Shown one piece after another: positions 52,331 through 63,075 of a stretch of 64,000 nt of DNA (positions are counted from its first letter, which is position 1; each line of letters begins with the position of its first letter). Under the pieces are notes generated by a model, which was not told the origin of the DNA, did not search any database, and worked only from the letters and a program-made list of their open reading frames with translations. A program made the position numbers and the translations under genes. Origin of the DNA: Heptranchias perlo (taxonomy: Eukaryota); the NCBI RefSeq assembly GCF_035084215.1, contig NC_090330.1, positions 93,930,001-93,994,000 on the forward strand, written 5' to 3'.

Positions 52331-52905
52331 CACAGCAAGTAATATCTAAAAAGTCGAATGTAACTTGTTAAATTACTGTATTGGTCTTTTAAAAATCTGA
52401 TGTGTCTAAAAATATATAATTTTCATTATAACAAGTTGATTAATTTACCGTATAATAGACACTTAAAATGCATATTTTAATTACTGTTCATCTTTTCATA
52501 TTTGAAATGAAAAAGATGTATGGTGATTAAAAAACATAATTTAAGGTGACATTTAATCACCTTAAAATTAAAGCTTGTTAAAATTAACAATTTTGTAATA
52601 CTTGTAAGAGCTGTCAAAGCCAGTTTTAATAATGTTTATTAATAAAGTCAATGCTTTGCTCCTTGCTCTTGTAGGCTTTCCTTTCAGTTCCATTCGTACT
52701 CGCTCCCACTTGTGTTGTCAGAATAAAGCTTTGTCAGTTGCTGTTTAGAATTAATACTGATTCCACACTGGAACTCTTTATGGAAGGTGAAATACGCAAT
52801 GAGCAATTGGTAGGTTAAGATGAAGCAGTGACTGGAGTGGAGAAGATATGTGATGTGGGTATAATTGAGTTTATGCTCTATTATACTAAAATATTCAGAG
52901 AGAAC

Positions 52906-53100
52906 CAGCACAGTGGGATAGACAAAAGTCTTTCATCCCTGAGCCTGGTTTCAGATCAAGCCCAGAGTGATGGGATGAAAGTCTTCTCTGTTTGCTAGCT
53001 ATAAGGGTCCTATATGCAATGCATTTTGGCAGTCTCAACCCAATTCCTAGTCGGTATAATTGCTTGATACAAAACCACCCAATTTGGCATTAACGGAGAA
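52906..53100 (+). mobile_element. LF-SINE-like element (5' half)
   Basis: gtctttcatccctgagcctggtttcagatcaagcccag..cctatatgcaatgcattttggcagtctcaacccaattcctagt..caaaaccacccaatttggcattaa resembles the LF-SINE consensus as I recall it. Confidence 0.5.
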
Positions 53101-53113
53101 ACGTAGAAAGGCT

Positions 53114-56100
53114 GGCCCTGAAATTCCATGTGGTGAGTTGTGCCGGATTTGCACCAATGAGTCAGGGTTAGTGCCTGCCAATGCTCTGCACAGCTGAATC
53201 TGCCAACATTTCCTGGGTCCACTCATTTGCATATCAATTGGAGGATCTCTAGTACAAATCCCATGTAAAATGCAAGTACTGTGCTGAAGGTGTTTCAAAA
53301 TTAGAGTGCAGCCTTTAAAAAGCCAAATCTGGCTAAAGATTGCAGCAGTGGACTGGGGTAGCAGCCAATGAGTAGGAAAGTGTTTGAGTCACTTATTTCA
53401 ATGTCAGATAGCTGAACAAGATCAATGGTCTGACTAGAGCTGGCAAGGTAATACACTGGCCACTCTCCCTTTCCTTCCTTTGGCACCCTGGGCACCAGTA
53501 CACTCTTCACCCACTAAAATTAACAGCTATACAACTGACACTTCACACTGCACTCTGCTTAAGGGAGACCCAAACTAGAGATCTTACAGTAAGTGTAACC
53601 ATCTCCTCCAACAGCACTTAGTTGCATACACAACCTTAAAACTCCTTCCTCTACTTTAATAGGATGATATTATACATACATCAATGGTCGAATGTCACTT
53701 GTGAGAGAGTCCTTAATTGCCACCCATTACTTAATTCACTCAATTGTTGTTGCAGAAGAAACATGTGCATAATGACTGCAAGAGGCAGGGAACCAGAGGG
53801 GACGTCCCAGACATCAAGGTGCTCACCCGCTATGAGGAGCAGGCCATGAAGCTGATGAGAAGGCAATCTGCTCTTGCCATAGGAGATGCTAAGGTTGGTG
53901 ACACAGTGCCAGCACCAAGTTAGTAGCTGCACACTTATAGAGTCACCATGGCATTTCTGTGAAACTGCACACAGCCATAACCTTCCACTCCCTTCTCTGT
54001 CTCCTTAATCCCAAAGGGATAATTCTTACCCATTCTTAGCTCCTACCTTCCTTTCCCTACAGATCCACCACAGCAATAGGGAGTGGAAGAGGAGGAAGAT
54101 GATGGAAATGAGGAGGAGAGACTGAACTTTGTTGATTTTAAGGAAGATGGAGGCAAGGAGGATGATGATGAAGAGGAAGTCAATGTCAAGCCCACAAATG
54201 GAGTCCTGTACCAACATTGTGCCCCATGTTTCCCTGCTTCAACCCCCTTGATCTCACCACCTGTGCCACTTGCTTTATCACTCCCACCAGCTTAGATACT
54301 TTCAATGAAAATTAGATAATGTTACTGGTGATGTGGCACTGGATGATTCACAGAGCACAAGAGAGCTGGAGGTGTGAGGAGTGTCTGAGAATATACTACC
54401 TTCCCAATGGAGGCAGAGGAAAAGGCTCCCCATGACTTTGGATTTGTGGGATCTAGAAAGCATAGGTACTCACCTGAAAAGAAGGATGTTTGAGAAACAT
54501 CACATTTACATCCAGGTTCTAAGGTCAGTGTCCAAGGATGTGCAGCAGCTGACAGCTGTCACTCTAGAATCTACAACCCTCAGTATCGAAGAAGCTTTTT
54601 TCTCATTGCAGGTATCAATGAAGTATATCACACATTCATTGGACTCTGCAGCAGACCCCCAGCTGAGAAACATCAAGGGACCATTCGGTGCCTCCTTCTC
54701 CATGGATGCACAGAATGCAGCTCTGGTGGCAGCATGATACAGAATAGACAGTACCCTATGTACCAGCTTGCAGATCCTGGTGGCCAGAATACAGTCTGCT
54801 GTCTCTCAGGGCTTTCAGAATTTGATAGCTGCTATTACATCATCCATTCGCGTGATCAGTGGGGACACAGATCCAGGGCACAGTGGAATGGCATTGGTAG
54901 GAGCAGACCTGACCAAGTCAATATGCCAACCTTTTCCTCAGCGTACCATGCAAGAGGCATGTAGAAGGTAACACGAGGCTGCTCAGGAAGAAGCTCCAGA
55001 GATGCAGCGGCTTCCTCTCAGGAAAAAACAGCCAAGAGAGGAGGACCATTTCAGTCCCATGGCTCTTTTAGAGAACATGAACAACTAACCACCTTCAGGT
55101 TGCACTTAGGAGAAACATTAGAATATGATAAAGAAAGTCTAATTTAAACACCTTAGGGAAGAACAATATCAGGAAAGAATAGGTTAGTTTATGTTTATTT
55201 TGGAGTTTGTTATAGTAAAGGGCAATGTCAACTTACACCATGCTCTGATGCGATGTGCTCCGATGTCCGTTGCAGCAGTCACAGAGGGGTCCTCTAAGTG
55301 ACAATCATCCTAATGGCTCTCCTACATGTTCTTCTGCCTCCAAAACAGCTACATCCACCATGTCCATGTAAAAGCCTTTTTGGATTACAAAGTTATGCAG
55401 GGCACAGTAGACCACAACAATGCAAGATATACAAGCATACTGCACTGTCACTTTCAGATGGTCCTCTCAGTGCCCATTCTGATAGAGGCACGTGCTTCAT
55501 TGCAGCACCCCTCTGCTGTTGCTCGGGTTACCCTTAGTGGGTCATTATTTATGGGAGTAAAGGGGTACATCTTTTCTCTCACAAACCATTATTGACAAGA
55601 ATTTCTTTCTTGAAGAGCTCAGGGAGGACCAAATTTCAAAATATGAATGCGTTGTGATGATATCCAGCAAATCTCGCATTGACATATAGGTTTCTTTGCA
55701 TGTTTTCACACGTAATCCGTACATTCAGGGAATGGAAGCTCTTTTGAAGGGGTTGCCTCAAGAAGTTCACAAAGCAATGTGGGTGCTAATTTATTGCACC
55801 TTGGACTTTATCAAAGCCAGCAATCTTGTAAAACTGGAAGGCCCGATCTTGTTTCTGCCCTGCTGCGGTGCGAAAATTGATTAATTTCTCAGCTCTCCTC
55901 TAAAGTGTGTCTATCACTTGATGAATGCATGGCCTTTCTGCACTCTGGCTAATATTACAGAGATGCCCTGTGGCTGCCTGAAATAATCCTCTGCTGCTCC
56001 TCCTCTTCCTCCATGATAATGGCATAAACAAGTATGCCCATAGGGAATTCCATACCTGCACCTGTGGTAAGGGACGAGGTCAAAATATCCTGGTGGCCTC

Positions 56101-56330
56101 ATACTCCCACAGGCAATCAGCAGCAAGTCCAAAGTTGTGTAGGCTGAATGCAAAAAAAAAGCTTCAATAAGTTGTTCCTAGCTGCAATTATCGTTACTTG
56201 AAGGTTCACCAATATTCAGGCTCAAAAATTCCTCATTATTGCCATTCTCAACTGATCCGAACAACAGTTGCACCGTATATTTCTCATTCTAACTTACCCC
56301 TAATGCATTGTGAAACAGAAAATTCAGGTC
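53114..56330. mobile_element. Old, decayed Harbinger (Myb-gene relic on +, transposase relic on -); boundaries approximate
   Basis: Minus strand 55640-55830 reads IAGFDKVQGAI..THI, KSFHSLNVRITCEN and YVNARFAGYHHNAFIL (HARBI1 motifs). 54350-55100 resembles Myb-gene exon 3. The left end begins GGCCCTGAAATT. Confidence 0.65.
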
Positions 56331-57560
56331 TGCAGCACCACTCGGCCCTATTATCATACATTGCAATTAGATAGATGAGACTCAGTTGGCAGAATGTGGG
56401 AAAGGCCAAAAAATGATTGGAAATTTGGAGTGATTGCTTTTCGGGGTGGAAAATTGGTGGAAGCAGCTTCTGCCTCAATTTGCTGCACAGGAAAAGTACT
56501 TGCCCTGATTTTACACAAAAAAACAGTGAAATTTCAGAACTGGAATGTGAAAATTGGAATCATTCGCACTGGTGAAGATAGGGAGGAGATTAAGGGCACA
56601 TTGTGAAGACAGTTTTGCATTGCATAGGCATTGCTATGTACTAAATTCAACTTACCTCAAAAACACCAGTAAAACGTGTTGATTCCAAAGGCATGCACCT
56701 GGAACTTCTGTGGGTGTTCTCCGATGGGGTATTAACGGAATCCCTGGAGAAATGACCATTTACACTATATCTGCAAGGGTTCTGCAAAATTATGCCAGGT
56801 GATCAGGAGAACCCCTTGGAAATTCAAGGCTATGCTTTCCATTTCCCACACTTTCCTCTTGGAGGGTGATCACCACTTAGCGTCAAATTGAGGTAATTTT
56901 GCAATGTGGACCCAATAATTTTACATGTGTCTACTAAGAACAGGGTTGAGACTGCACAGGAAGGTTACAGTGTGGACAATGGAAAGAGAGTTTTACTGTG
57001 GAGCTGATGCAGTAGTGGGTGGTAACATTGGCAAAGTGTCCCACTCCTCAGCACTGACATCCTTTGCTTTGGTAACTACTGATTTCACCAAATTTCACCC
57101 TCCATAGTTCTTTGAAGAACAGAAAAATAATGGAAATTATATGATGCACTATTTATGTTCAACTAATATTTTAATTTGTTGAAGTAAGTCCTGAAAGGAC
57201 AATCTGTGAGAAAAAAACAAATAATGGAATATGGTGCAAAAGTAAGGAGGGCAAAGTTTCCAGAAATTAAGGATGGAGAAAAATGATTAACACAGTTATC
57301 AAGGGCTCGAATTTAGCAGGCCTGCGGGTTCCCAGCGGGTGGTCCTCCGGGAGCGTCGAAAACGCGAACGGCGAAATTAGTGGGTTGCCCACGCGATCGC
57401 GGGATAATTGGACCCATTAAGCCCTGCTTCCGGGTTCTGCGCTCCCCAGCTGCGTGCCGGCCGGCTGCGCATGCGCAGTACCGTCGACGCGATGTAGGAG
57501 CTCCAGTTAAAGGGGCAGTCTCCCAAAGCCCCTCCTGCTGCAAGCAAGAGGTCTGAGAGA

Positions 57561-59384
57561 ATGGCTCAACAAAGGGGAAAGGCTGCGCCCCGTTTTTCAG
57601 ATCTGGCACTGCAGCTGATGCTGGAGGGCGTGAGGAGGAGGAGGGAAACACTCTTCCCAGAAGAAGGGCGCAAGTTCCCTGCCGCCGCAACCAGGAAGGC
57701 ATGGGCAGAGGTGGCGGCGGAGGTGAGCAGCAGGGGCAACACCCCAAGGACTTGGGAGCAGTGCCGCAAGCGCTTCAATGACCTGACTAGGTCTGGCAAG
57801 GTGAGTACACCAACGCACCCTCCCACATCCCGTCCCCACCATCACGCCAAGCAGATCACAACCCCCTCCTGCACAGCCACAACTGCGCTCCATCAGCAAT
57901 CCTCACAGCCACTCATTCACCATCCTCGCCGTGCACGCAAGTACCCACCGTCCCTGACCCCACCCGAACACTACCACACACCCCAATCCCCATGCAATGG
58001 GATGGCCACGTGGCCCACGCTTCCCCCCATCCGTTCCGCGCCACGCTCAACCCAACCACACCGATGCTCGATGCGTCTCACAATGCAAGACGCACCCACT
58101 CACACATCTGTGTTTTGCCTTCACAGGAGAAGAGAAGCAAGAACAATAGGGAAAGGGCACGCACCGGAGGTGGGCCGCCGCAAGTGGTGGAGCTGACCGA
58201 CGCAGAGGTGGAGGCGCTCGACCTCGCCCGCACGCGACATTGCCTTTCGGTGGCCGATGGCGAGTGTGTCGCTGCCGAAACGGCCGGTAAGGGAAAGCTG
58301 ACACTCAACACCCATGATCGCGAGTTACCGTCTCATCACCTGCCATCAGGCGCACTGTCAAGTTGGTCCACATGCCTCAAAGTGCCCTCTGTTCTCTTGC
58401 AGGTCCGTCTTTGGGTCAAGCGAGCGTGGAGGGCGATTCCTCAGAGGACATGGCGGTCTCTGAGGGTGCATCGTCACATCAGAGCCAACCATCCACCAGC
58501 GCAGAGACACGCACCTCGGTGGGTCCCCCTCGCCAATTAGTTGGGGTAGCACTTGGTGAGTCACTGCGCACGAGTGAGCATGAGCAGACCCTGGTGGCAG
58601 GGGCAGCCGCGGAGGGTCAGCGACGGAGGGAGCACTCATCTCCAGGCTCTGCTCAGCCGGACCCAGATGCTGAACCCAGGGGGCCACCAGTGAAAAGGAG
58701 AGTCGTCGAGGGCCACCAGCTAATTGCTGAGGTACTGGCAGAGGTGCCGCGCGCATTGTCCACAATAGCGCAGGCGATGGAGGAGTCCACCTCCTGCATG
58801 TGGGCATTGGTGGCGCAGGCACAGGAGGGTACCGGGTAGGTGCGGGACTGTCTGCGGTGGAGGACAGGCTGGCCTCCCTCGAGCGTCACGCACAGCTCCA
58901 CTTCCAGTCCTTGCAGGCCCTGACAACGTCTGTACGGATTCAGGGTGAGCAACATTCCGACGCCACCAACAGGCTGAGGGATACACTAGGGGTGGCCTTG
59001 CAAGGCCTCACACATGCCATGCAAACTGCCGTCCAGCAGGGTGGAAGGGGTGATGTGGGCCGAGGCCAAGAGAGGGATGATGGTGACCGGGGACATGGAA
59101 GCGGGGACGCCTCTCAAGGCGTCCCCACGTCCCACCCGTCGCCCACCTCTCAACCAGTACCCGCAATGGTGCCTCCTCTCCAGGTGCACGAGTCTGCCCC
59201 TGCCCCGGTGCAGGAGGAGCAGTCTGTGGAGGTGCCCTCAAGGGCACCGAAACCCAGGGGCCGTCCGCCAAAAGCATCTACCCGGTCAAGGCAAGAAGAC
59301 GAGCAACCTGCCACTACCTCTGCTGGAGCCACAGGGGTAGCACCACGTAGGGGTTCCCGGAGAAGAATTGCAAAGGCCTTATAA
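57561..59384 (+). pseudogene. Harbinger Myb/SANT-like DNA-binding protein gene, 3 exons (57561-57800, 58127-58286, 58403-59384), frameshift near 58830
   Basis: MAQQRGKAAPRFSDLALQLMLEGV...AWAEVAAEVSS...RTWEQCRKRFNDL resembles a NAIF1/MSANTD-type trihelix Myb domain. Junctions aag|gtgagt, cacag|GAG, ccg|gtaagg and ttgcag|GT join the frames (phase 0, then phase 1). Exon 3 switches frame between ORFs 58363-58839 and 58800-59384. Confidence 0.85.
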
Positions 59385-59681
59385 TCACAAAGGGAATACA
59401 CCAGGGTGTTTATTATTTTGTACTTTGTTTCTTATATAATGTCACATTCCAGATATTAAATAGTCTCTTCTCACCACTCCTGCGACCTCTCGTCCATTCT
59501 TCCGCGGCTTGTGCAATAGTTGCGTTCCGTGGAGGCCATCATGACGGCGAACACCTGCTGCCACCCATTGGGCACACTGCTGTGGGTGCAGGATTACTGG
59601 CAGCACTCTTCAGTGGAGGGGGCTGGTATGGCCGCTCGCATGTGCAGGTGAGGAGATGCGAGCGCCTTGCAGTGTCTGACT

Positions 59682-60912
59682 CTAGGAGAACTGTTGACGT
59701 ATGAGTGCCTCCCTGGCCCGGCGACCATCCCGGTGAGTCGCGGCTCGGCGCATGGGTCGTCCAACATCCTCTGGCGCGTCCTCCTCCTCCGCCTCCTCCT
59801 CCTCCTCCTCCTCCTCCTCGCCCTCGCCTTCCTCAATGTGGGTGGCGGGTGTGGATGGGGCCTCCTCCAGCGGCACCCCTCTCTGTTGGGCCATGTTGTG
59901 CAGGGCACAGCAGACAACTATGATTCGTCCCACTCTGAATGGTGTGTATTGGAGCGCTCCCCCAGAACGATCAAGGCACCTGAAGCGCATCTTGAGAAGC
60001 CCTATGATCTGCTCAATTGTAGACCTGGTAGCAGTGTGGCTGTCATTGTACCGACGCTCCGGCTCGGTGATGGGGTTCCTCAGAGGTGTCATGAGCCACG
60101 TGTGGAGGGGATACCCCTTGTCGCCGAGGAGCCAGCCGTTGCTGGCGTTGGGTGCCTGCAGGATGGGCGGGACGGCGGACTCCCTGAGGACGAAGGCATC
60201 GTGGCAGCTGCCGGGGTATCTGGCGCACACGTGTAGGAATCTCTGGCGGTGGTCACAGATGAGCTGGGCGTTCATGGAGTGATACCCCTTCCTGTTGATG
60301 AACAGCCCTGGCTCATGCGGAGGTGCCCGTATTGCGATGTGGGTGCAGTCGATTACACCCTGCACCCGTGGGATGGAATCCAACCGCCCTCTCCATCTGG
60401 CTGCGCTCGTCCATGGCGAAGTTGATGTAGTGGGAGGCCCTGCGGAACAACCCATCGGTGACCTGCCTTATGCACTTGTGTGCAGAGGACTGACAGACCC
60501 CGGTGATGTCCCCGGTGGCACCCTGGAAGGAACCGGATGCGAAGAAGTTGAGGGCAGTGGTGACTTTGACGGCGACAGGTAAGAAGATGCTGCTTAGTCC
60601 ATCAGGGAGCAGCTCGTCGTTAAGGAGGCTGCAGATGTCGGCGACTACCTGGCGATTAACTCTGAGCCTCCGTATGCACTGCTCCTCGGAGAGGTCCATG
60701 AAGCTGAGCCTCGCTCTGTACACCCTGTGCGGAGGGTAGTGCCTCCTGCGACGCATCTCTCTCTGCGGTTGCCCTCCCTCCTGCTGTGCAGGTGGGTGTG
60801 CCGCAGCACCGTGTTGGGGGGCCCCACCTCTCCGAGGCGGACGGCGTGGACTGCGAGGCTGCTGGGGCTGGTCATCCTGTTCGTCCTCCGACGATGTCAA
60901 CGCACCACCCAT
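59682..60912 (-). pseudogene. HARBI1-like Harbinger DDE transposase, one frameshift at ~60372
   Basis: ORF 60313-61122 gives the N-terminus and HTH (MGGALTSSEDE...ALNFFASGSFQ...SAHKCI). ORF 59682-60455 gives VQGVIDCTH, NRKGYHS, PGSCHD, LLGDKGY, TIEQIIGLLKMRFRCL and CALHN, plus an acidic (GAG)n tail. The frames meet at GFH|PRVQG, where a short deletion is inferred. Confidence 0.92.
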
Positions 60913-61623
60913 CTGGCAGGTGTTGGTGTGAGGGGTTGTGCAGGGTTGGTGGGTGGGTCCTCGGACTGGGGCTGCGGTTTCGTATCGGTCTGTCCTCTGG
61001 CTTGGCGGGGGTTGGTGGAGGGCAGGGGTTGCCCTATGTGACGCGGTGGCCTCCTGCGTGGGTGAGGGCTCTCCCCCGTGGAGCGCACCTTGGCACCTGC
61101 CACAGGCTGCTGGCTGCAACACGCCTGGTTTGAAAGGTACTGTTTCCCCCAGTGTGGGAGACTGACTGCGTTGAACCTAAAATCCCACACTTCCTCTTTT
61201 GACAGCTGCTTCAGCTCATTAACTGACCACAACGAGCAAGTTAAGTACTCTCAAGTGGAACCCCACTGGCTTTAATTGCCTGCGGGATTCCCACCAGCGG
61301 GGCTTGCGCGCGCAGGCCCGCACGTCAGCGCGGTACCCGGAAGTGGCCGGGATTTCGTCCGAATCCGGTCACGTGACCGGAGATCGGGATTTTCGGGGCC
61401 CCCCCGCTGGAAACCCGCAGGTAACCCGACCCTAAAATCGAGCCCCAAGAGTCTGGAAAAAGCTTAAAAAACAGAGATCAAGGAGGAGAAATTGACTGTG
61501 ACAGAATTTAGCAGATTAAATAGGTATGCTCACCTTAAAGGGGAGAGCAATAAATAAAAGAGAAACAAAGGGAAAAAACATTTAGTGTAACATTTGTATA
61601 CATTGAAAAATATAACTTTGAAA

Positions 61624-62048
61624 CAGTGTTGTCCAATGCGTTAGCCACTAGCCACATGTGGCAAATTGGGAATCCAGATATGGCTAATTGAATTTCTGAT
61701 CAGTAAGTAAAATATGAGTACTAGACACTATCGTTGGGCATGTGACCTCAATACTCATATTTGCACAGCGCATGTATGTGTACTTTAACCTTTCTGGGCT
61801 TTTGTTGGTAAAGTGGTAAGACAAAAAGTAGAGTGTGCAAATGTTTTTTGATCGTTGTGAGTGCTTTACTTCCTTAGTTACTGAAAGGGGTTGGATGTTA
61901 GTTAATTAAATATACATACATCAAAAACATTTACCTGTATTGTGTGCGTGTGTTAAGGCATTTTCTACTAAATTTAGTGCCTGTGGCTAAAATGGTATTG
62001 CCGTAGCCTCATCTGTGGCTAGTCAGTGATATCTACTGGACAATACTG
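61624..62048. mobile_element. hAT-Charlie-type non-autonomous element (MER3/MER33-like ends)
   Basis: TIRs CAGTGTTGTCCAAT and reverse-complemented CAGTATTGTCCAGT; subterminal tagccactagccacatgtggc and repeated tgtggcta; imperfect 8-bp TSD ctttgaaa/ctttagaa. Confidence 0.75.
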
Positions 62049-62056
62049 CTTTAGAA

Positions 62057-62530
62057 CAACAATTTGCACTTTTAATGAAGATGCAGTAGAAGATCTAAGA
62101 AGGCATTTTGAAGGTGATTGAGAGATCGGGCAAAGGTTGTAGGAAAAGAATTCCAGAGTGCAGGAGCATGGTGGCTGAAGGATCTCCAACTAGGGTTTGG
62201 GTGGGGAAACATGCACTAGACCAGTCTGAGAAGTGCAGGGCATGACCTGGGCCAAGGTGCCAGAGGAGGTTGCAGAGTTAGGGTCAAGCAAGATTATAAG
62301 AGGATTTCTGAACAAGGATGAAGATTTTGAAATCAATGAATTAGGAGATAGGAAGCCAGTGGCAGTCAATAAGCACAATGGTGATAGGTAAATAGGACTC
62401 AGTACAGGATAGGATGTGGGCAGTGGAATGCTGGATGAATTGAATTTTATGGAAGGTGAAGCTTGGCAGGCTGGTGAGGAGAATACTGGAGTAGTTGAAT
62501 CAGAATATGGTGAAGGTATCATTGACAGCT
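62057..62530 (-). mobile_element. Older L2 LINE 3' fragment
   Basis: Similar to 36692-37190 but more diverged. Confidence 0.6.
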
Positions 62531-62619
62531 GTAAGAAAGAAAGAAAGAAAGACTTGCAATTATATACAATCAAATCAAAAATGAGTACTTGATTCCAGGC
62601 CAAACCTGGCATTAAAAAA

Positions 62620-63075
62620 GAAAAAAGAAAGACTTGCATTTACATTGGGCCTTTCACGACCTCAGGACGTCCCAAAGCACTGTACACCCAATCAAGTACT
62701 TTTGCAGTGTAGTCACTGTTGAAATGTAGGAAACGCAGCAGCCAATTTGTGCACAGAAAGCTCCCACGAACAGCAATGTGATAATGACCAGATAATGTTT
62801 TAGTGACGTTGGTTGAGGGATAAATATTGGGCAGGACACCGGGACGAACTCCCCTGCTCTTCTTCAAAATAATGCCATGGGATTTTTTACGTCCATCTGA
62901 AAGGGCCTTAGTTTAACTTCTCATCCAAAAGATGGCATCTCTGACAGTGCAGCACTCCCTCAATACTGCACTGGAGTGTCAGCCTGGATTATGTCCTCAA
63001 GTCTCTGGAATGGGACTTAAACCCAAAACCTTCTGACTCAGAGGCAAGAATGCTACTACTGAGCAAAGGATGACA
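62620..63075 (-). mobile_element. Full-length tRNA-derived Deu-domain SINE (SacSINE1/AmnSINE-like) with L2 tail
   Basis: Minus strand: A box TGCTCAGTAGTAG, B box GGTTTAAGTCCC, Deu-like core gccatcttttggatgagaagttaaac, L2-like tail ending (TTTC)n. Confidence 0.8.

Larger units (their letters stand above)
57303..61445. mobile_element. Near-complete PIF/Harbinger DNA transposon (4143 bp)
   Basis: Imperfect TIRs: GGGCTCGAATTTAG..CCTGCGGGTTCCCAGCGGG versus reverse-complemented GGGCTCGATTTTAG..CCTGCGGGTTTCCAGCGGG. 3-bp direct repeat CAA at 57300-57302 and 61446-61448. Contains convergent Myb/SANT and DDE transposase genes and is CpG-rich. Confidence 0.93.

Noticed and set aside
54083-54295. Acidic 70-aa ORF as a host exon
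   Set aside because: Lies within the decayed Harbinger region and is low complexity.
58820-60380. Programmed ribosomal frameshifting in the two Harbinger genes
   Set aside because: No slippery sites. The homologous Myb exon at 19217-20050 reads through in one frame, and residues appear to be missing at both junctions, which indicates deletions.
59682-60912. Host domesticated HARBI1 gene (or NAIF1 for the Myb ORF)
   Set aside because: Lies inside TIRs with a TSD, is frameshifted, and has multiple related copies in the window, so it is a transposon.
62990-63075. tRNA gene
   Set aside because: The A/B boxes belong to a SINE head continuous with the Deu body; no complete cloverleaf.
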